IMG/VR virus record: IMGVR_UViG_3300020045_008546
Location: 31,460 to 95,459 of that record
Reading direction: 5' to 3' (one strand)
Origin: a virus
Length of the DNA: 64,000 nucleotides
Each line of letters opens with the position of its first letter. The stretch's first letter is position 1. This document shows positions 57,200 through 64,000 of the stretch, piece by piece. Below the pieces are notes generated by a model that did no database searches, was not told where the DNA came from, and saw nothing but the letters and a program-made list of their open reading frames with translations. The translations under genes were made by a program, and so were the position numbers.

Positions 57200-57250
57200 T
57201 TGTATATTAAAATAATATATTTATCTTTGTCTATGCCAAAACGAATTGGC
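57200..57250 (+). promoter_or_regulatory. Repeated promoter with operator and 5' hairpin (copy 8)
   Basis: TTGTATATTAAAATAATATA..TATCTTTG, then GCCAA-AACGAA-TTGGC; preceded by terminator 57154-57180. Confidence 0.8.
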
Positions 57251-57270
57251 AATTAAAACAGTTATATCAA

Positions 57271-57843
57271 ATGAAAGTTCTTGTAAAATCTATCGAAGAT
57301 GTTAATTCAATAGTTCCTTTATTGGAAGAAAAACCTAAATTCAGAAAAACATTGAAATCATTTATTGATATGGGCAATGAATTTTCAATTGAAGTAGCGC
57401 CTGATTTTAGCCATTTTACATCGGCAAGTAATAAAAAGTACAAATATAGAATTACGACCAATAGCAAGGCTATGTATTTGAGTAATGTAAAATACTACTC
57501 ATCCAATCAAAGTGAATCAACTTTAAATTTATCTTTTCCATTTATGAATGTTAAACTATCCGACAATCAGGACTATGTAGGTTCAATTACAATAAATGGC
57601 GTTAAAGAAAAGTGTGTTAATACATTTACAGAGAAATTTCAAGAAATAGGATGGGGTGAAATTTGTAGATGTGTTGGCATTTTATTTAAGGAATTGATTG
57701 TAGATACTGAGTGTTGCTCAAAATGTGGAGGTGAAGGTAAAATAAGGGCTTTTATGCATATTGCAGAGGGTACTTGCTTTCAATGTATGGGAATTGGAAA
57801 ATGGTTTGTTGTACCAAATAAAATTGCAATAAAAAATATATGA
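57271..57843 (+). CDS. Hypothetical protein with DnaJ-like CxxCxGxG zinc finger
   Basis: CSKCGGEG and CFQCMGIG. Confidence 0.7.
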   Translation: MKVLVKSIEDVNSIVPLLEEKPKFRKTLKSFIDMGNEFSIEVAPDFSHFTSASNKKYKYRITTNSKAMYLSNVKYYSSNQSESTLNLSFPFMNVKLSDNQDYVGSITINGVKEKCVNTFTEKFQEIGWGEICRCVGILFKELIVDTECCSKCGGEGKIRAFMHIAEGTCFQCMGIGKWFVVPNKIAIKNI

Positions 57844-59212
57844 CTTACAACATAGGCGACATTATCCGAGATTCAAAAGGATCAATTCAGATAACTCATA
57901 TTCGGCAAGTAACAGTTAAAACCTTTACAGAGAATCTATATACTGGAAACGTTTTGTTAGGCAATGGGAAGTTAAGTAAGGGGTATAAGAAATCAAGAAT
58001 TATTTATCAAGAAAACATAATCACAACTAAACATGAAAATTGATCACATAAAACTAATATTAATAGAAACTGATAAGCCTACAATTATTTTTAGTAGAAA
58101 TAAATCAGATAATGAACTTTATTTTTTTACTAGCATTTGTTTTGGAACACCGCCTCAAACAGCAAAATCTATTAATAGCGAAGTTAAAGGATATTACCTT
58201 TATGAAATAGATTACAGTAGAATTGAAATAGGGGATTGGTATATTGATGATAATCATGAAAAATCAGTTTTAATTAAAGCTAACGAGTGTTCTGATCATA
58301 ATAAATATAATAATCAATTTAGAGTTACAGCGACAATAAATCCTATTTTAATATCGGATGGGATAGACGAATTGTCAAAAGAATTTATTGAAAATTTTAA
58401 TTTCAGGAAAATATGACACTAGAAGAAAAGAAACAAATATATTTAGATCGTTTTCCTGCTATTATTGGTAAACGTATGTCAGATCAGTTTGATGAATCTT
58501 ATTTCGATTCAAATTATTTTTTATCTGATGGTTTTGAACCTTGTTATTTAATTACAGATTTTCAAGATTGGGAGCTAACCAATGAAAATTTTAAATTTTG
58601 GAGTGATATATTTGATTTATATGATGTAAAAGAAATTATTGAGCACCAACAAATTTTAGAAATATTTAATAAACACAATATTAAACCTTAACTTTAAACA
58701 TGGAAACTATAACTAATTTTTTTAACGAACACGGAGGTAATATACTAATTGGTTTTGTTGCGTTTTATGCGATATGCGGCACGATAATGTTTATTTGGAT
58801 GCCTAGTGAATTAAAGAACGCCATTGAATTAGATGATGATTTTGATAGGTTGATTTAGAGACATTGAAAATAGTATTTGTTTAATTAAAACATATTAATT
58901 ACATTTGAATTATGGTACAGGAAGCAATTGATTTATATCGTTCATTAGGCAAAAGAGCTAGAATACCTGAAAAGGCATTAGATATTCTTTTGAAAGATGG
59001 TACGGTAACAGTTAAAAATAGAGTTCCTTACACATTAAGGGCTGTTTACGCTGTTATGAATAATCAATATCATGATATTAACGTTGACAAAGCTATTATT
59101 AAAGCTTGCAAACAATATATTAAAGAAAATAAATTACAAGAGCAACAAGTTAGATACAATGCCTTAGCTATGTTATAATAGCTATTTTTAAACATTACAC
59201 AATGTAAATTAT

Positions 59213-59833
59213 ATGTGCGATATGGAAATCGGAATAAAAGAATTGCAATTAGAGCACCTTATATTCTCTTATAGGGGCGACCAAAAAGTAATTAGAGAAA
59301 AAGGGTTAATTCATTATGAGCATGAAATTGTCATAAAGGAATTAAATTTAGGATGCTACGGTAGACTTGATTTAATAGGAATTGAAATGTATCAAACAGA
59401 TAGAAAAAAAAGATGTATAAATATAACTATATATGAATTAAAACAAAAAGTAATTGGCATTAAGGCATTATCACAAGCATCTAGGTATTTATCTGGGATA
59501 AAAAGATACGTTGATAGTAAAGAAATTTACAAGAATATTAATATTGAATACCAGGTAGTTTTAATAGGAGACTCAATTGATTTTAGTTCAGATTTTTGTT
59601 ATTTAGGTTCAGAGTTCCCTAATCTAAGTTGTTATTTATATAGTTTTGGTATTAATGGATTAACATTTAAAAATGTTTGCTTAGATAATTTTGGCCCTTC
59701 TGATTTTGATACTAATGGTTTCGGAAAGCTATCAAAAATTTCACATGTAGATATTCATAAAGACATGGTTAGGAATAAAATAAAAGAGGGCTGTTGGATT
59801 ATGCCACGTTATTATTTCGCTCATTTTGATTGA
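59213..59833 (+). CDS. PD-(D/E)XK nuclease-like protein
   Basis: GRLDLIG...IYELK...ALSQASRY. Confidence 0.7.
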   Translation: MCDMEIGIKELQLEHLIFSYRGDQKVIREKGLIHYEHEIVIKELNLGCYGRLDLIGIEMYQTDRKKRCINITIYELKQKVIGIKALSQASRYLSGIKRYVDSKEIYKNINIEYQVVLIGDSIDFSSDFCYLGSEFPNLSCYLYSFGINGLTFKNVCLDNFGPSDFDTNGFGKLSKISHVDIHKDMVRNKIKEGCWIMPRYYFAHFD

Positions 59834-59882
59834 AAATTAAAATGCTTAAAATAAATAACTATATAATTTTACATGCGAATTT

Positions 59883-60611
59883 ATGAAAGAGTCATTTTAT
59901 TTCTCACACGATTACAATTCAAGGACTGATCCGAAAATAAAAAAATTAATAAAAAATCATGGCATGCAAGGTTTTGGTATTTTCTGGGCAATAATTGAAG
60001 ATCTATATAATAATGACAACTCTATTCCATTAGATATTGAAGGTATGTCTTATGATTTAAGGTCTAATGAAGATGTAGTTAAAAGTGTGATATTTGATTA
60101 CAATTTATTTGTCGTTTCAGATGAAATAGTTAGCTCCAATTCCGTTAGATGTAGATTAAATAAAAGAAATGAAAAATCCATAAAAGCCTCTGAGTCAGCA
60201 AAAATAAGATGGAATAAAAGCGAAAGCAATGCGATCGCATTACCAATGCAAAGCGAAAGCAATGCTATAAAAGGTAATAAAGAAAAGGAAATAGAAATAA
60301 AAAAAAGTAAAGAAGATAAACCAAAAAGAAAAATATTTACACCTCCAAGTATAAATGAAATTGAAGTTTATTTTATTGAAAAATTCAAATCTACTCCAAT
60401 AGCAGCTAATCTATTTTCTGAAAAGTTTTTTAATTATTATCAAAGCAACGGATGGAAAGTTGGAGGTTCTGCAAAAATGGCAGATTGGCAAGCAGCTATA
60501 AATGGAAAATGGAAAGACACTGCAATAGAGTTTTGTGTTAAATATCCAATAAAAATAGACCACCCAGAATTTAAAAGGAGAACATTAAATGACAAATTTA
60601 GTACAATGTAA
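59883..60611 (+). CDS. DUF4373-domain replication initiator
   Basis: YFSHDYNSRTDPKIKKL...GFGIFWAIIEDL; C-terminal FFNYYQSNGWKVG..M.DWQAA; upstream of DnaB. Confidence 0.85.
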   Translation: MKESFYFSHDYNSRTDPKIKKLIKNHGMQGFGIFWAIIEDLYNNDNSIPLDIEGMSYDLRSNEDVVKSVIFDYNLFVVSDEIVSSNSVRCRLNKRNEKSIKASESAKIRWNKSESNAIALPMQSESNAIKGNKEKEIEIKKSKEDKPKRKIFTPPSINEIEVYFIEKFKSTPIAANLFSEKFFNYYQSNGWKVGGSAKMADWQAAINGKWKDTAIEFCVKYPIKIDHPEFKRRTLNDKFSTM

Positions 60612-60953
60612 TCACGAACCAGAAAGTTTAGAGGATATAAATCTATCCAGAGGAGAATGTTTTTTTGTTAGGTGTAAACATTGCGGTTTTGACCTAATGA
60701 TTCGATTAAAAGGCGATTTTACTAAAATACGAGAAACCTACAACACAGAAGATTTAAAATTAAAATTCAATCGAAGTGAAGAGGATTTAGCAATATTAAA
60801 AAAGTATTCAAAGTATTTGTCAATTCCTCAACCGTTACCAGATTTTAAAATCACTTGCGGTTATGATTCAGATAAAAGGCTAGAAATACTTTACGAGATG
60901 GTAGCAGACGGAGAAATAGACTTTGACCAATTTAATAAATTTAGCTCACGTTC

Positions 60954-62354
60954 ATGAAACAGTTAATTACACCAGAAGCACCCGCCATTGAAAAAGATGT
61001 TTTATCAGTTTTATGTAATAGACCTGAATTGTTTCATTACGTAGAAGACATTTTAAACCCTGAATGTTTTTATAATCCTGACTACCAATTTTTGTTTTCA
61101 ATACTTTTAAACATTCATACATCAGGCGAATTAGTTTCTCAAAGCTCTATATTGCACCAAATAATACCACTAGGCAAGAAAGAATTATTAGGAGTGTATC
61201 AGGACATGAAAAAGTTCTTTACGTCTGAGAAGCACCTAATACCTAATGCAAACGTACTTGCAGAATATTCAACTAAAAGAGCTTTGTTAAATAAGTCATA
61301 TGAAATTATAAATATGATTGATAACAACGATTCGATAGATGAAATAGAAAGAGAAGTTAACAACGCGCAAGGAATTGTAGTAAGTAGAAATCATCACGTA
61401 GATTCTATTTCAATGACAAGCGCAGTTGATGGATTATACGCCTTAATGGAAAGAGATAAAACAAGTGGTATATCTGGAATAACAACAGGCGTTCCCTTAC
61501 TTGATAAAATAACAGGCGGTTGGCAATTTGATGATATAGTAATATTTGCAGCTCGGCCATCTATGGGAAAGACGGTAGTGGCAAGTTATCACGCTTATAG
61601 TGCAGCAAATGCAGGTTTCCCAACGGCTTTTATTTCATTAGAAGTTAAGCCAGAAAAATTAGCCGGACGTATGATTTCAAACTTAACTGGGATTTCATCT
61701 AGTAATATAATCAAAGGCGATCTAGCTACTAATCAAAAAACAATGATTTACGATAAAGGAAATAAATCTAAATCAGCTCCGATACATTTTTACGACAATA
61801 CTAGATCAAGAGATATAAATGATATTATCAGAACAATGAGATCATGGCATAGAAAATACGGCATAAAAATAATCTTTCTTGATTACATTGGTTTAGTACG
61901 AGACAGAACAATTAGAGATTCATCAAACAGGGTAGCGGTTATTAATAGCATTCAAGATAAGTTAACTGAGCTTAGGGCACACTTAGGTATACCTATAATA
62001 GAATTCTCCCAGTTAAACAGAGATAATGAATCTAAGGCCGACAAAAGACCTATTCTTTCAAACCTTAAAGATTCAGGCAAACTAGAAGAGGACGCTACGA
62101 AAGTGATATTTCTTTATAGACAAGATTATTACGATGCGAATAGTGCAGAAAAAGATGGGATAGAATTTATTCCAAGTAATGATATGGAATATATCTTTGC
62201 AAAGAATCGAGAAGGCGAACTTGGGCCAGTAGAATTAAAATGTGATGTTGCTTTAAATAGAGTTTACGAAAGATTAACATCACAACAAATAACAGAGCAA
62301 GCAAACAATTACTCTAAAAATAACGTATTCAATAACATACCAACTTCATTTTAA
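60954..62354 (+). CDS. dnaB: Replicative DNA helicase
   Basis: AARPSMGKT, FISLE, LDYIGL, SQLNR, LKDSGKLEEDA, AKNREG. Confidence 0.95.
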   Translation: MKQLITPEAPAIEKDVLSVLCNRPELFHYVEDILNPECFYNPDYQFLFSILLNIHTSGELVSQSSILHQIIPLGKKELLGVYQDMKKFFTSEKHLIPNANVLAEYSTKRALLNKSYEIINMIDNNDSIDEIEREVNNAQGIVVSRNHHVDSISMTSAVDGLYALMERDKTSGISGITTGVPLLDKITGGWQFDDIVIFAARPSMGKTVVASYHAYSAANAGFPTAFISLEVKPEKLAGRMISNLTGISSSNIIKGDLATNQKTMIYDKGNKSKSAPIHFYDNTRSRDINDIIRTMRSWHRKYGIKIIFLDYIGLVRDRTIRDSSNRVAVINSIQDKLTELRAHLGIPIIEFSQLNRDNESKADKRPILSNLKDSGKLEEDATKVIFLYRQDYYDANSAEKDGIEFIPSNDMEYIFAKNREGELGPVELKCDVALNRVYERLTSQQITEQANNYSKNNVFNNIPTSF

Positions 62355-62360
62355 TTTATC

Positions 62361-62762
62361 ATGAAATATTTTATTATACTCACATTTTTACTTAGTAGCT
62401 GCGTAGTAAGGGAAAGCCGAAGATGTTGTGAACCTTGTCCTGTTCCAAAAGAAGTTCACCTTCCAAAACAAGCTATAATTAAGATACCTATGACAGAAGT
62501 TCAACTCAAACAACACTATCTTAATTATCTTAAAGAGTATAATAAGAATCTTCAAGAGCAAATGGATTACAGGCAAGAATTAATAGATCAATCAAAAACT
62601 AATAAAGAATTTTTGAAACAAATAAATAGAATCAAAATAGAACCAAAACAAAATTATCATGAACAAAAAACTATTACTCATTCTGTGCATATTCAATCTA
62701 ATTTTAATGATAGTAGTAATACCATTAAAAGGAGCATCAGCACTGATAGTAATTTCAATTAG
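62361..62762 (+). CDS. Putative lipoprotein
   Basis: MKYFIILTFLLSS-C lipobox. Confidence 0.55.
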   Translation: MKYFIILTFLLSSCVVRESRRCCEPCPVPKEVHLPKQAIIKIPMTEVQLKQHYLNYLKEYNKNLQEQMDYRQELIDQSKTNKEFLKQINRIKIEPKQNYHEQKTITHSVHIQSNFNDSSNTIKRSISTDSNFN

Positions 62763-63337
62763 CTTTATTATTGATATTAAACTTTTTATCATGCTGTATA
62801 AATATCATAACCGATGAAAAAGATATTAAACAAAATAGATTTCGCATTAATTATAAATTGCCTATTATGTATTGCGTTAATTAAATTCATTTACTTTATT
62901 TTTAATTTACAACCTAGGCAAGTAGATATTCTAATATTATGCTCTTTACTTATGGTAGGAATATTTGTTCATTTTATAATTAAAAATACTTACGAGGACT
63001 AAAATAAACCGATTATAAGTATATTTAACCTATTGTATAATAGTCAATTTAGATATTAAAATAATGTTTATCTTTAATAAATTAATCAAAAAAACATGAG
63101 AAAATTACTTGCAATGCAAAGAACAAAAAGAATTATAAGCTCTGACTGGATTTTAATGGTACTATCATTTCACTTGTTACTACATGGTAATCCAGATCGT
63201 GCCACTACTATTATTTTATTAGTAGGATTGGTAAGTATGCTTTTATATACCGTTTATGATTTTTATAAGGACATTAAAAATAGAGAACATCAAAAGTTGA
63301 ATACCACAGAAGAAGTTTAAATAAAACATTAAATAAT

Positions 63338-63369
63338 AAAACGCCTTGTACGTAATATGAGGCGTTTTT
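63338..63369. terminator. Intrinsic terminator
   Basis: AAAACGCCTTGTA-N5-TATGAGGCGTTTT. Confidence 0.7.
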
Positions 63370-63384
63370 AAATTCTAAACAAAA

Positions 63385-64000
63385 ATGGAAAATTTATTAA
63401 AGTACGAACATATCATTGATCATACAAAAGAAGAATGGATTGCCCTAAAATTAAAATATAGTTATCGCTGCGTGTGTTGTGGCACTAGAAGTAATAAACT
63501 AACAAAAGATCATATAATACCAAAAAGTAAAGGAGGTAATAACACCATTGATAATATTCAACCGATGTGTCAAAGATGTAATTTAATGAAAGGCGCGAAC
63601 GCAATTGATTATAGATCAGGTACGCCAACTGAAATTAAATTAGAGAATGACAATTCATTACCAGAAGAAACTAAAATTAGATTCCTATTTCGTTACTGTA
63701 ATACTCTCCAAAAAAGATTAGACGATTTTGAAGCGAATAATTATCCAGAAGTGAATTCAACTGAAAGATTAAAAGATTTAAGTCAAATAGAAGAACTTAA
63801 AAAAGCATACAATAAGTTAAATACGAAATATAGTTTATTATGTAATGAGAAAGGATTTAACTCACATAGTACCAAAGAAGAGATAATAGAAAAATTAAAA
63901 AATGATAGAAACCAAACACATATTTTAAGCTACAAAAGATTAAAGGGTCAAAAATTCCATGCGATGATATTGGACAAATGGCTAATAGGTAAAGGCTTGT
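63385..64000 (+). CDS. HNH endonuclease, runs off the window
   Basis: EEWIALK..Y..RCVCCG...LTKDHIIPKSKGGNNTIDNIQPMCQRCN..KG. Confidence 0.88.
   Translation, partial: MENLLKYEHIIDHTKEEWIALKLKYSYRCVCCGTRSNKLTKDHIIPKSKGGNNTIDNIQPMCQRCNLMKGANAIDYRSGTPTEIKLENDNSLPEETKIRFLFRYCNTLQKRLDDFEANNYPEVNSTERLKDLSQIEELKKAYNKLNTKYSLLCNEKGFNSHSTKEEIIEKLKNDRNQTHILSYKRLKGQKFHAMILDKWLIGKGL

Larger units (their letters stand above)
1..64000. mobile_element. Large Bacteroidota-infecting tailed phage (Caudoviricetes, HK97-type head), partial genome
   Basis: Terminase, portal, protease, capsid, ERF, SSB, DnaB, homing endonucleases and dense small ORFs throughout; no host housekeeping genes; Bacteroidota TAnnTTTG promoter boxes. 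Confidence 0.95.

Noticed and set aside
37555-62354. Inteins or introns in terminase or DnaB
   Set aside because: Both are of normal length with contiguous motifs; the homing endonucleases are free-standing
158-62792. Antisense or out-of-frame ORF-track entries (e.g. 158-385, 2028-2291, 13569-13880, 29282-29584, 34434-34637, 50940-51269)
   Set aside because: They are shadows of better-supported overlapping genes or elements and have no recognisable motifs
63049-63076. Ninth copy of the operator-promoter
   Set aside because: Only a partial match (ATATTAAAATAAT) with no downstream hairpin, so it was not counted
1-64000. Genome-wide stop-codon reassignment
   Set aside because: Long conserved genes are intact in code 11, and TAA, TAG and TGA all end ORFs; in-frame stops are confined to two small ORFs
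1-64000. CRISPR array or tRNA genes
   Set aside because: No regularly spaced repeat-spacer array and no cloverleaf with T-loop seen by eye; GGTTCAAG near 34481 lacks tRNA stems

Overview
The whole 64 kb window is part of a large, AT-rich (roughly 28-30% GC by eye) tailed dsDNA phage or prophage. The host is almost certainly a Bacteroidota: promoters carry TAnnTTTG -7 boxes, Shine-Dalgarno sites are largely absent, and there are DUF3127 SSB, DUF4373 initiator and Bacteroidota-type antitoxin genes. An HK97-type head module (terS, terL, portal, gp7/MuF-like protein, prohead protease, major capsid, two glycosyltransferases) lies in canonical order on the minus strand but is stretched over about 39 kb by islands of more than 100 small accessory ORFs. 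A recombination/replication module (ERF, SSB, DUF4373 initiator, DnaB) is at the right end. The most notable observations are: (1) a two-gene operon of a small protein ending in PCPPDC and a 7-TM membrane protein directly upstream of an AntA antirepressor, a candidate phage-borne peptide-signalling module; (2) three 5' leaders sharing one kissing-loop/pseudoknot architecture; (3) eight promoters followed by an AAC(G/A)A/G-loop hairpin at the transcript start, six of them with a palindromic operator; (4) a signal-peptide-bearing tailspike/depolymerase that shares its N-terminal domain with a cytoplasmic virion-type protein; (5) several orphan antitoxins; (6) a RepL/iteron/dif-like locus; (7) strong enrichment of AGGCG/CGCCT. 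All family assignments come from recognising motifs by eye; no searches were run.
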